Shown piece by piece: positions 37,184 to 45,401 of a stretch of 64,000 bases of DNA. Below the pieces are notes generated by a model, which was not told the DNA's origin, ran no database searches, and worked only from the letters and a program-made list of their open reading frames with translations. How positions within the stretch are numbered: the first letter of the stretch is position 1; every line of letters starts with the position of its first letter. Location of the stretch: positions 3,209 to 67,208 of the forward strand of contig MGHI01000040.1 in NCBI GenBank assembly GCA_001793155.1, in the 5' to 3' direction. Origin of the DNA: Candidatus Woesebacteria bacterium RIFCSPLOWO2_01_FULL_39_61. GTDB taxonomy: Bacteria; Patescibacteriota; Microgenomatia; UBA8517. Made by a program: the position numbers and the translations under genes.

Positions 37184-37593
37184 TTTTTATATACTCCCCG
37201 TGCTTCCTTCAACATGGTTTTTTCTCTCTTGGAGGAAAGCTTTTTTACAGTCTGTGAGTAATCAAACCAATTGGCATCCGGAAACCCGATTATATCTTTG
37301 GCAAATGACTTTGATAACATTAAATAGTATAGGTATCTTTGGGGAACTATTTTCCCGTTGATATTTGTCACGCCTCCCGCACGCCCGACTTCTTCTAAAA
37401 CTCTGGTCGTCATAAAAGCCTTTTCCCCCATCATACGCAGTGCCGCACGAACGGAAGATTCACCTCTTCTAACCGTTACCTTGGGAATCTCCCAAACATC
37501 ATCGTCTTGATGCTTAATCAAAAACCATTCGGGCTTATTGTGCTGTTCCCTAAAAACAATGGCTCCCGAAACTAAAACTAAATTTTTATTCAT
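37144..37593 (-). CDS. NUDIX-like hydrolase (degenerate Nudix box)
   Basis: 149 aa. GAIVFRE...RRGESSVRAALRMMGEKAF resembles a Nudix fold with a non-canonical box. Overlaps the downstream NUDIX gene by 40 nt. Confidence 0.5.
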   Translation of the reverse strand: MNKNLVLVSGAIVFREQHNKPEWFLIKHQDDDVWEIPKVTVRRGESSVRAALRMMGEKAFMTTRVLEEVGRAGGVTNINGKIVPQRYLYYLMLSKSFAKDIIGFPDANWFDYSQTVKKLSSKREKTMLKEARGVYKKWKKERKAKKKNP

Positions 37594-37602
37594 AACTTTA
37601 CT

Positions 37603-37866
37603 TTAACTTGAGGCACCTTCAAAGTAAAACCTAAGCATCTTCTTAATACTTCTTCTCCCCCAACCACTTTTAAGAAATCTTTCCCTAGCTTTTGCATCTT
37701 TAATTATCAAAAAGCCTTCATAATATATCAATTTATACGGCCTATACAGTTTTGTTGCCAAACTCTCTCCAAAGTTGTGTTCCTTAAGTCTTCTGTCAAC
37801 ATTATCAGTAGAACCGATATATAGACTTCTGTTTACTTCACTTCGAATAATATAGACAAAAAACAT
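37603..37866 (-). CDS. GIY-YIG nuclease family protein (short single-domain type)
   Basis: 87 aa. MFFVYIIRSEVNRSLYIGSTDNVDRRLKEHN with GIY...YIG motifs. Confidence 0.7.
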   Translation of the reverse strand: MFFVYIIRSEVNRSLYIGSTDNVDRRLKEHNFGESLATKLYRPYKLIYYEGFLIIKDAKARERFLKSGWGRRSIKKMLRFYFEGASS

Positions 37867-37934
37867 AGCGTCGCGTAATAAATCAAAGATTTAAACGCGA
37901 CAGCCACGTTTAAATTGCTTGGCAATTTATTACG

Positions 37935-38025
37935 TGGCGGTGGGGACAGGATTTGAACCTGCGCGAGGGGATTAACCCTCAAAGGTTTAGCAAACCTTCG
38001 CCTTAGACCACTCGGCCACCCCACC
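37935..38025 (-). tRNA. tRNA-Ser (anticodon GCU), CCA encoded
   Basis: Manual fold: acceptor GGTGGGG/CCCCACC, D-arm GCCGAGTGGTCTAAGGC, anticodon loop TTGCTAA, long variable arm, T-arm GCAGGTTCAAATCCTGT, 3' GCCA. Confidence 0.8.
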
Positions 38026-38101
38026 CCGGCTAAGCCCCAATTATATCAAAACTGAGCATAGTAGAAAATACGACATTTATGTATAATGTTTTTTAGACAA
38101 A

Positions 38102-38659
38102 ATGGCTGCTCAAACACAAAAAACGGCATCGACTAAGAATCCTCAAGAGGACTACGCGGCTACGCCCCCTCCGCAGCCCATACAACCCGAAAAGGAACTC
38201 TTTGCCTGGCACGCGCCGGCCAGACCTTTCAAAAGGAGGGGTAAGGAATTTTGGATGACAATAATAGCAATAGCATCACTATTTAGTTTTATCTTGTTCC
38301 TGGCCGAAGGCGCAATGCCGGTAATTCTTATCGTTTCGGTCATTTTTCTTTTTTATGTTTTATCAAACGTCGAACCTGAAGAGATTCAATATAAAATAAC
38401 AACCAGAGGAATAAGGGTGGTAGGAAGACTGACCGACATGATGCTTATTTCCAGATTCTGGTTTTCAAAAAGATTCGATAAGGACCTACTTATTTTGGAA
38501 ATCTTACAAATACCCGGCAGGCTGGAACTCGTAATAAACGGAAAAGATTTAGAAAAAATAAGGAAAGTATTATCCATCTATCTACCTGAGGAAGAAATTC
38601 CTCCAACCAATTTTGATAAACTCTCGGGCTGGCTCTCAGAAAAACTTCCGGGGAATTAA
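38102..38659 (+). CDS. Hypothetical membrane protein (two TM helices followed by beta-rich domain, PH-like?)
   Basis: 185-aa ORF. Pro-rich N-terminus, TM hairpin (WMTIIAIASLFSFILFLAEGAMPVILIVSVIFLFYVL), soluble C-terminus. Confidence 0.4.
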   Translation: MAAQTQKTASTKNPQEDYAATPPPQPIQPEKELFAWHAPARPFKRRGKEFWMTIIAIASLFSFILFLAEGAMPVILIVSVIFLFYVLSNVEPEEIQYKITTRGIRVVGRLTDMMLISRFWFSKRFDKDLLILEILQIPGRLELVINGKDLEKIRKVLSIYLPEEEIPPTNFDKLSGWLSEKLPGN

Positions 38660-38692
38660 AAATCTTCCCTATTTTTGATAAAATATAACCAC

Positions 38693-38768
38693 GCACCCGT
38701 AGCTTAATGGATAAAGCGTCGGCTTGCGGAGCCGTAGATTGCGAGTTCAACTCTCGCCGGGTGCACCA
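38693..38768 (+). tRNA. tRNA-Arg (anticodon loop TTGCGGA, apparent anticodon GCG), CCA encoded
   Basis: GCACCCGTAGCTTAATGGATAAAGCGTCGGCTTGCGGAGCCGTAGATTGCGAGTTCAACTCTCGCCGGGTGCACCA aligns position-for-position with bacterial tRNA-Arg (E. coli Arg-ACG/CCG). C35 and A73 are present. Confidence 0.7.
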
Positions 38769-38902
38769 CGTCAAACGTGGTAGACAAGCGCTTTCGTCTT
38801 TAATACAAAATTTCTGAAAGAAATTTTGAAAGAAAAGCTGGTAGAGCGGAAAGTATTTTGAAACGGCAGTGAAAGAATACGATCAGCAAACCTATCTTGA
38901 CG

Positions 38903-38950
38903 CGGTGGGTTGTCCGAGTGGTTTAAGGAGCTGGTTTCAAACCCCGCACC
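38903..38950 (+). pseudogene. 5' fragment of a tRNA-Ser-like gene (acceptor 5' strand plus D-arm plus start of anticodon arm), truncated
   Basis: GCGGTGGGTTGTCCGAGTGGTTTAAGGAGCTGGTTT matches the 5' half of the neighbouring tRNA-Ser genes (GGTGGGGTGGCCGAGTGGTCTAAGGCG...). No complementary 3' half follows. Confidence 0.4.
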
Positions 38951-38987
38951 TTTATTTAAGTAAAGAAAATCGTAAATATGTTTAATA

Positions 38988-39074
38988 GGCGGGATGCTGG
39001 AGAGGTCTAACAGGCTGGTCTCGAAAACCATGCGCTTCGTAAGAGGTACGGGGGTTCGAATCCCTCTCCCGCCG
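38988..39074 (+). tRNA. tRNA-Ser (anticodon CGA)
   Basis: Manual fold: acceptor GGCGGGA/TCCCGCC, anticodon stem CTGGT/ACCAT with loop CTCGAAA, long variable arm, T-arm GGGGGTTCGAATCCCTC, discriminator G. Confidence 0.75.
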
Positions 39075-39115
39075 CAGGTAAAGGTGCGGGGCGAATCCTC
39101 TACCCACCGCCCACA

Positions 39116-39787
39116 TTATCGGGATAAAGTTAATCCCCAAACCTCACCGGCTCCGCCTCTTTTGAGAACTCTTCCGACTTCTTTCAGGGTGGTACCAGTT
39201 GTCATAACATCGTCAAATACTACAATACTAGCGCCGTTTAGCTTTTTACTGCTATTCAAAGCAAAGACGTCTTTCAAATTCATCTTTCTTTGTTTCCCTC
39301 TTAGCTCGACTTGGGGTACCGTAGAAGATTTTCTGACGACCTGCTCCGGACTAAAATTCCACCCCATTTTTTCCGCAATTATTTTTCCGATCCTTTCCGA
39401 TTGATTAAATCCTCTCCAGCGCTCACGCCGCATGTACAAGGGAACCGGAACTAGGATTGTGTTGGACGGAAGTGCGTGAACATTGGTCTTCAAATAATGT
39501 ACGGTGTAAACTGCCAGTTCGTCGGCAATTTCATATGCAAAATTGTACTTTAATTTCAAAATCGACTGACGAATTACTTTTTCGTATTCCCAGATAGATA
39601 CTGCTCCGTCTAATCCCCAAGGTCTTTTGCACTTTATGTGAGTGAATCCGTCAACTGACGGTTTTTCGCATTCGACACAAATTTGCCTTACCAGTCTTAC
39701 TTTCCCTAAACAAGCCGGGCAAAGGAAATAATTTTTCATCCTGCAGCCTAAACAAAACTTTGGAAAGAGGATATCAACTAAGTTCAT
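39116..39787 (-). CDS. comF: ComF family protein (double zinc-ribbon plus phosphoribosyltransferase domain)
   Basis: 223 aa. N-terminal CLGC...CPAC...CVEC...HIKC zinc ribbons. C-terminal PRTase motif IVVFDDVMTTGTTL. Confidence 0.75.
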   Translation of the reverse strand: MNLVDILFPKFCLGCRMKNYFLCPACLGKVRLVRQICVECEKPSVDGFTHIKCKRPWGLDGAVSIWEYEKVIRQSILKLKYNFAYEIADELAVYTVHYLKTNVHALPSNTILVPVPLYMRRERWRGFNQSERIGKIIAEKMGWNFSPEQVVRKSSTVPQVELRGKQRKMNLKDVFALNSSKKLNGASIVVFDDVMTTGTTLKEVGRVLKRGGAGEVWGLTLSR

Positions 39788-39869
39788 AATGAGCTAAAAT
39801 ATAAAAACCTATAAAGTCATTACAAAATGGCTTTATATAACTCGTCGTAGGCTCAAGACGAGTTTCGTA

Positions 39870-40319
39870 ATGAGTTCTATGAAAATTATAAACAGAAAAG
39901 CCTCATTCCATTATAAGATTCTTGAAAAATACGAGGGAGGAATCGTTCTTGGAGGAGGAGAAGTAAAATCTTTAAAAGTGGGAGGGGCTGATATTTCAAA
40001 TTCCTACGCGAAAATCGTCAACGGCGAAGTTTATCTAATCAATGCAAATATACCTATCGAAGGCAAAAGGGACTACAACTCAACAAGGTCGCGCAAAATT
40101 CTTCTTCATAAAAGCGAGATCGTATCTATTAATACCAAGATTAAGGCCAAAAAATTGACCCTTATCCCCCTCAAGATGTATAATAAGGGGCGTTTAATTA
40201 AGATAGAATTGGCTTTAGCCAAACCCAAGCGCGAGTTTGAAAAAAGACAAGCTATTAAAAAGAAAGATCTTGAACGCGAGATTGAACGGGAATTAAGAGG
40301 AGAAAAGAAAATTAATTAA
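39870..40319 (+). CDS. smpB: SsrA-binding protein SmpB
   Basis: 149-aa ORF. ...NRKASFHYKILEKYEGGIVLGGGEVKSLK... and a C-terminal basic tail are typical of SmpB. tmRNA lies immediately downstream. Confidence 0.9.
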   Translation: MSSMKIINRKASFHYKILEKYEGGIVLGGGEVKSLKVGGADISNSYAKIVNGEVYLINANIPIEGKRDYNSTRSRKILLHKSEIVSINTKIKAKKLTLIPLKMYNKGRLIKIELALAKPKREFEKRQAIKKKDLEREIERELRGEKKIN

Positions 40320-40417
40320 CAAAAATTGCATTTGCAATTTTTGAAAGGAGAAGCCAGCGAAAAGCCAATATCCCGAGCTTGTCGAGGGATAAAGGCGTCG
40401 AAGCTAGGCTTCGACGC

Positions 40418-40774
40418 GGGGACGATACAAAAGGTTTCGACGGAAAACGTACTTTGAAATCTGCAAGCCGAGTATAACACTTCTCGTAAATCACGTGTTA
40501 AAAACATAATTGCTGATCGCGATTATAATTACGCCTACGCCTAAAAAACGGACGCGTTGTCTTGCCGGATACGATTCTCAACCGCGCTGGTGAGGCATAA
40601 ACCCAGTTGAGATGCGGAAAGTATGTCTGGTTTTATATACTTTCCCAAGATTTAAAACCAAATTCCTAACTTTTTCTTTGGTTTTTAATTTTAGGAATAA
40701 AACCAAAGCCAAATACGCTTGTAGAAGATTTTAAATTAGTTTTTCGGACGAGGGTTCGAATCCCTCCGTCTCCA
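40418..40774 (+). ncRNA. ssrA: tmRNA (ssrA)
   Basis: 5' GGGGACGATACAAAAGGTTTCGACGG (compare the canonical GGGGCUGAUUCUGGAUUCGACGG). 3' GGACGAGGGTTCGAATCCCTCCGTCTCCA forms the T-arm plus acceptor that pairs with the 5' GGGGACG. An internal tag-like frame GCT GAT CGC GAT TAT AAT TAC GCC TAC GCC TAA (ADRDYNYAYA-stop) is present; the exact resume codon is uncertain. Confidence 0.8.
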
Positions 40775-40840
40775 CACTTCGCTACTTTCAATATGAAAGT
40801 AGCTTCGCGTGGTAAACCACACAGTATTTAAAAACCTTCT
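40767..40840 (+). repeat. Direct repeat X: tmRNA 3' terminus plus downstream flank (also repeated at 42259..42320)
   Basis: CCGTCTCCACACTTCGCTActttcaatatgaaagtaGCTTCGCGtGgtaaACCACAcAGT versus 42259 CCGTCTCCACCACTTCGCTAatGCTTCGCGgtGcaagcACCACAtAGT. Confidence 0.45.
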
Positions 40841-40960
40841 TTACATGATATGCGAAGTGTGTCCCGCGTAGCTTTTTTAGCCAGCGTAGCTTTAGCGAAG
40901 TCGGCAGCGAAGTAGGGCAGTGTTTATAAATTCTTATTTACGGTACGATGAGTAAGTTCA

Positions 40961-41197
40961 ATGTATTTCGTCTATATATTAAAATTGAATAATGGCCAGT
41001 ATTATTCGGGTTATTCGTCAAATCTGAAACAAAGAGTGGTGGATCATAAAAAAGGGAGGATAGACGCAACTAAAAATTTTCGGCCTTTAGACCTTGTTTA
41101 TTATGCAGGTTTTAAGACCCGAAAATTAGCAACTAATTTTGAAAAGTATCTTGAATCAAGCTCCGGTTTTGCTTTCAGGAATAAACATTTAATTTAA
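40961..41197 (+). CDS. GIY-YIG nuclease family protein (short single-domain type)
   Basis: 78 aa. MYFVYILKLNNGQYYSGYSSNLKQRVVDHKKG. Confidence 0.7.
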   Translation: MYFVYILKLNNGQYYSGYSSNLKQRVVDHKKGRIDATKNFRPLDLVYYAGFKTRKLATNFEKYLESSSGFAFRNKHLI

Positions 41198-41378
41198 TTA
41201 TCATGTAAATATCTCTCCCCGACCCCTTTTTGTGCCCGACGGGGTCAAAATGTAAGGTAATATAAGGTTGGAGTGTTCTCTTATAACTGTGGATTCTATC
41301 CACGGTTTCAAGCTTTGCTTACCGAGTCTGACTCGGCCAAGCTATGCTTATAATTCGTGCTAATCGCTTAGCAAAAAA

Positions 41379-42077
41379 CTATGAAGTCGCTCTCCATTTC
41401 AAAACGTTAAGGTCATCAGCAGTACAACTATCTATTCCAAGGGAAAGTAATTTTTCGTAATCCTCCTTGCTGTCTGTGGGCAAATGGGAACCAATTTTAT
41501 AGCCTTTTTTATGGAATCTTTCAACCCTGTCTTTGTTCCAAAAACCCTCTGGTTTGTCCAACCAGATAGTAGAAGCACCAGTAAGTTTAAGGTAACTCAG
41601 CATTAGATAATCACCAAACTCCTCAGTCATCCAATCCTCGATTAGATAGGGTTTGGTAATCATTCCTATATTCGCTTTAGGTGCAAGCTCTCTTATGTAT
41701 CTTAGTAAAGGCAGTATTCCCGAGGTAATTTCAAAATTTTCCAATTTGTGTTTATATACCAAGTCAACTACCGCTTTTACTGTTTCAATTTCTGGTGGTT
41801 TTATTTCTATCTGTATCTTGCCTTTATCTGAGAATGTTTCAATTACCTCTTCTAGTTTTGGATAATCCAAATTCTTGTCATGAAGAAACTTGTGTGTAAG
41901 ATAAACACCTTTATTGGGTTGGTAGTAAACATCGATTTCAACACCATCCGCTCCCTTATCGAAAGCACTTTTTATGCCTTCGATTGTGTTGTCATCATGA
42001 CTTTTTCTATCTCCCCTGTGCCCAAGAACAAGAAGATTGCTCATTAAAGCTATTTTACACCAAATTGTGTAAATCAA
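41379..42077 (-). CDS. Glycerophosphodiester phosphodiesterase (GDPD) family protein
   Basis: LVLGHRGDRKSHDDNTIEGIKSAFDKGADGVEIDV... is the GDPD catalytic motif. The likely true start is MSNLLVLGHRGD at 42044. Confidence 0.7.
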   Translation of the reverse strand: MIYTIWCKIALMSNLLVLGHRGDRKSHDDNTIEGIKSAFDKGADGVEIDVYYQPNKGVYLTHKFLHDKNLDYPKLEEVIETFSDKGKIQIEIKPPEIETVKAVVDLVYKHKLENFEITSGILPLLRYIRELAPKANIGMITKPYLIEDWMTEEFGDYLMLSYLKLTGASTIWLDKPEGFWNKDRVERFHKKGYKIGSHLPTDSKEDYEKLLSLGIDSCTADDLNVLKWRATS

Positions 42078-42258
42078 AAACTACTTACGTAGCATTACCG
42101 TCGGTGTACCCGAAATCATAGAGTTCAGATACTATGATGTGACTGATTACTGGAAAGAATTTTTGTCATTCGTGACTAAATCTAAGGCTAAAGGAGAAGC
42201 TTTAAGTACAGAAAACCATTTGAAAATATATTCCTCAATCTGGTTCCAATTATTTACC

Positions 42259-42320
42259 GCCGTCTCCACCACTTCGCTAATGCTTCGCGGTGCAAGCACC
42301 ACATAGTTAAATAGCAACGG
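42259..42320 (+). repeat. Direct repeat Y: second copy of tmRNA 3'-terminus/flank motif
   Basis: See repeat X. CGTCTCCAC reproduces the last 8 nt of the tmRNA acceptor strand plus the discriminator region, 1.5 kb downstream of ssrA. Confidence 0.45.
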
Positions 42321-42390
42321 GCGGCGGCACAAGAAGTTTAGCGAACGGTATCCCTCCGTAGCCTTGGCGAAAGGGGACAAATAAGATGTT

Positions 42391-44340
42391 CTATTCAAGG
42401 TGTTTTAATTCAATGGAGTAAAGTTTCTCTTGGGCCAGAAGAATTAGCTTCTTTTCCTTTTCGGAAACGACTATTGAAGTCGTACTTTTAGTTTCGGCGG
42501 ATATATATTGAGCCTTATATTTTCCTTCTTTATCAATAACTACCACACGGGAATTTTCCGGATCAAGAATATATAAGTGTTCGGATTGGTCGTCTGTAAA
42601 AAGTGTTTTTGGATTTTTGATTTCGGGGTATACTCCTTCTGATTTAAAATCTTGTTTATTACCTAAACTGAACTTTAATATCGAAGCGTCTTTGCCTAAT
42701 ATCCAAATGGACCCGTCTATAATAAACGACCGGGAATTATTCAAATCTATAACAACCTCCGACGCCAACCAGTTTTTTCTGGAACCAAAACCCTCACTGC
42801 TTCCCGCGAATCGCCAGATCATGGATGTATCTTCTTCAAGAAGATACATGTTCCCCGCATAAGGATATATCATAACGTCTCCGGTCCAATCTTTATCTAC
42901 AACTTTGACAAGTCTGTCTTTTAGTTCAAAAATGCCGTCGGAGTTAGATATAAATATTCTACCTGCGTAGACGCCGATATCGTCAACTTTGTTAATCGCA
43001 GACGGGCCGGCAACAACCTCGCTCCTTTTCGTGTCAAGAGCTATGCTGACGACTTTTCTTGCATTTTTATCGAGAATGAAAAGCTTGCCATCGGAAAGGA
43101 TAATATCATCTGACTTAAAACCATTTGACAGGAGTGTTAAATCAACATAAAGTTCGGTGTCTAGCTTATATTCACCCAAAATCTTTCCCTGAGATTCATT
43201 AAGTCTATCTGCCAACTGAGTAAGTTGCGGATCCTTAATGTTCTCACTTAAAAGTTTGGCTACGATAGCCTTACTTTCCGCAAACAGTTCTCTCGAACGC
43301 ACCGGATTTAATGAATATATCTCTTCGGCTTCGTCCAGCTGGTGAACAGCCCCTGCCAACTCCGCCTGATAACGGGATTTATAGTCGTTGAGCTTTTTTT
43401 GTCTAATCCCAAAAAAAATACTTAGGACTAGCAAAAATAAAATTATAAACCCGGCTGATGCAAAGGTTTTTCTTTTATTTTTATCTTTTAAACTTTCTTG
43501 GTTGGCTCCGACATAGAATTTCCTTTCAGGAACCTTTTTGAAAAGAGGGGTTATTTTATTTTTCAGGTTATCAATCCAATTTTTATTGTGTCCGAAGTCT
43601 TGTTCAGTCTTGTCCGCAGAAGCTTTATTAGTTTCTAAACCAAGACTGTTCATTACTACATTTTCTGAAGACTCACCAACTTTCTGGTTCAAGTTGGCCG
43701 TTTGATTCTCCAGATCCTTTGCTTGGTTGCATTTAAGAGCTAATAATCCAAGTTTTCCGTTCCCGCTTTCTGAATGAGTGTCTCTTGCGAATAACTCAAC
43801 GGCTTCTGCCAAACCCCGAGGAGAAAGCGTACTTAAAACTTTAGCCAAATCAAATCGAGAAAAGAATTTCGAAGTTCCGAGTACAATGATATCCTGATCT
43901 TTTAGAAAGCCTGATGCAAGCTCCATATCCATCGCACCCGTTTTGAGGATAGGAATAATATTTTTGTCACGAATCAATACTACACCCGCCCCACGAACCG
44001 TAGCTAAATAAGCAACATTTTCAACCTGAACCATCGCTACAATTTCGATATCCCTTATGTTTTCAGTAAAATCTTCCAGTACACCGGATATTGCATTTTT
44101 GAGACTAATATAAGGACTATCGCTGCCTTCAAAGTAATCTTTGTAGATTTTACCCAAAAGTTCCCTGCCTAAAATTGTATTTTCTATTCCTTTTTCGCTA
44201 TCACCGACCGAAAGTACTACGTAAAGTTCTCCTTTTGACGATAACTTGGATTCGTCTTGGGGTTTGAAAATATGGACTTGCGACCAGCCCGTTTCGTCCG
44301 GTCGGCCTGTTAGTGTTACTGGATCAAGATTTACTGCCAT
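42391..44340 (-). CDS. Membrane protein with N-terminal degenerate PP2C-like (pseudophosphatase?) domain and large extracytoplasmic beta-rich C-terminal domain
   Basis: 649 aa. N-terminal ~200 aa with PP2C-like motif VAMVQVENVAYLATVRGAGVVLIRDKNI (compare A.VGDSRAYL.R.G) lacking catalytic Asp/Gly. One TM helix (FIILFLLVLSIFFGI), then a ~320-aa repetitive beta domain. Confidence 0.4.
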   Translation of the reverse strand: MAVNLDPVTLTGRPDETGWSQVHIFKPQDESKLSSKGELYVVLSVGDSEKGIENTILGRELLGKIYKDYFEGSDSPYISLKNAISGVLEDFTENIRDIEIVAMVQVENVAYLATVRGAGVVLIRDKNIIPILKTGAMDMELASGFLKDQDIIVLGTSKFFSRFDLAKVLSTLSPRGLAEAVELFARDTHSESGNGKLGLLALKCNQAKDLENQTANLNQKVGESSENVVMNSLGLETNKASADKTEQDFGHNKNWIDNLKNKITPLFKKVPERKFYVGANQESLKDKNKRKTFASAGFIILFLLVLSIFFGIRQKKLNDYKSRYQAELAGAVHQLDEAEEIYSLNPVRSRELFAESKAIVAKLLSENIKDPQLTQLADRLNESQGKILGEYKLDTELYVDLTLLSNGFKSDDIILSDGKLFILDKNARKVVSIALDTKRSEVVAGPSAINKVDDIGVYAGRIFISNSDGIFELKDRLVKVVDKDWTGDVMIYPYAGNMYLLEEDTSMIWRFAGSSEGFGSRKNWLASEVVIDLNNSRSFIIDGSIWILGKDASILKFSLGNKQDFKSEGVYPEIKNPKTLFTDDQSEHLYILDPENSRVVVIDKEGKYKAQYISAETKSTTSIVVSEKEKKLILLAQEKLYSIELKHLE

Positions 44341-44364
44341 GCTTATTTTAAGAAGAAAAAAATA

Positions 44365-44589
44365 TTAAAGAATAAAAAAGGATATTACCAAAACAAAAAG
44401 GGATGCAATCGCATGAACCAGAGCCAAAGTCTTTATGGGAGTCTCAAAACCCACTTTTAAAGTCTCTGTCATTAACTTAACTTGTCTTACAACAACCACG
44501 GCAAAAACTAAATATATAAAAAGAAAGAAAATAATGCCCGATTTTGTAACTAATAAGAATGTGTCTCCCAAAAAATTGAGGTTGTTCAT
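44365..44589 (-). CDS. Small two-helix membrane protein
   Basis: 74-aa ORF with two hydrophobic helices. Confidence 0.35.
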   Translation of the reverse strand: MNNLNFLGDTFLLVTKSGIIFFLFIYLVFAVVVVRQVKLMTETLKVGFETPIKTLALVHAIASLFVLVISFFIL

Positions 44590-44595
44590 AGACGT

Positions 44596-45306
44596 TTAAC
44601 GGACTCTCCCTTCTAGCTTTTCTTGCTCCTCTTCCAAGCGCAACTCTCTTAGTATCTTTGCGACTTTATCAGGGTTAGGTACGTCTTCAAATTCGATCTT
44701 TGGAACTTCGGCGGCTGTTTGAATTACGACATCTCCGTAATGAAGATAGGTCCGAATCGCTCCACCAACCTCTACCGTAACATCCTGAATTTGGTCGATA
44801 TTTGCGTCTGTAATTTCTCTATAAAAAAGATTCACAAAATCGACCTCAACAATTCTTTCGTCTGTAACTATATTTACATGGAAAAACCATGTTAAAAATT
44901 TTTCTAAAGCAATGGCAAAAGTTATCAGATACCAAATCATCACAAGGACAGACTGAAATCCCAAAGGAAGCAAATCAAAAAACGAAAATAGAGGTAAGAA
45001 AGCCGGAGCAAGTATCATTAGAAACACCAAAAATAGCCATCCCAAATTAGAAACGGGGTGTCTCCGTATAAGAAGAATAACCTTTTCCTCAGGGTCTTCA
45101 TTGATAAACTGTACATAATCGGGATAATAGCAAAAAGAGGCTAGCGGATTGTGGGTATGGTCCTTAAAATTGTGTCCGTGAGGATGGGGTAATTGAACCG
45201 GAATCTCCTGAACCGCATTTTTGTGAATTTTAATATTTGGTTTTTCTGATATGGGAGCTTTTAGACTTCTAACCCCTGAGTCTTTTGATTTGAATATATC
45301 GGGCAC
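44596..45306 (-). CDS. Bacterial PH-domain (bPH_2 / DUF304, YdbT-like) membrane protein
   Basis: 236 aa. EKVILLIRRHPVSNLGWLFLVF... TM hairpin, then ...TDERIVEVDF... The PH-like beta region is typical of bPH_2. Confidence 0.55.
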   Translation of the reverse strand: MPDIFKSKDSGVRSLKAPISEKPNIKIHKNAVQEIPVQLPHPHGHNFKDHTHNPLASFCYYPDYVQFINEDPEEKVILLIRRHPVSNLGWLFLVFLMILAPAFLPLFSFFDLLPLGFQSVLVMIWYLITFAIALEKFLTWFFHVNIVTDERIVEVDFVNLFYREITDANIDQIQDVTVEVGGAIRTYLHYGDVVIQTAAEVPKIEFEDVPNPDKVAKILRELRLEEEQEKLEGRVR

Positions 45307-45401
45307 GTTAAGCGATTATATCACTTTTTAAGTTCAAAAATTAAAATTCAAAGCGCAAAATGACAAGTCAAAATCTAAAATTTTTGAATTTTGAATTGTT
45401 T

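Noticed and set aside
37833-38024. 63-aa minus-strand ORF
   Set aside because: Coincides with tRNA-Ser(GCU). It is an artefact of the ORF scan.
38490-39404. Three small ORFs (38490..38774, 38771..39031, 38994..39404)
   Set aside because: They overlap tRNA-Arg, the tRNA-Ser fragment and tRNA-Ser(CGA). There is no RBS or protein-like composition.
40312-40507. Two 60-63-aa minus-strand ORFs downstream of smpB
   Set aside because: They lie inside or across the tmRNA 5' domain and its upstream hairpin, so a non-coding explanation is better supported.
42147-42398. 83-aa minus-strand ORF
   Set aside because: Covers the direct-repeat copy of the tmRNA 3' flank and has no RBS. More likely non-coding repeat sequence.
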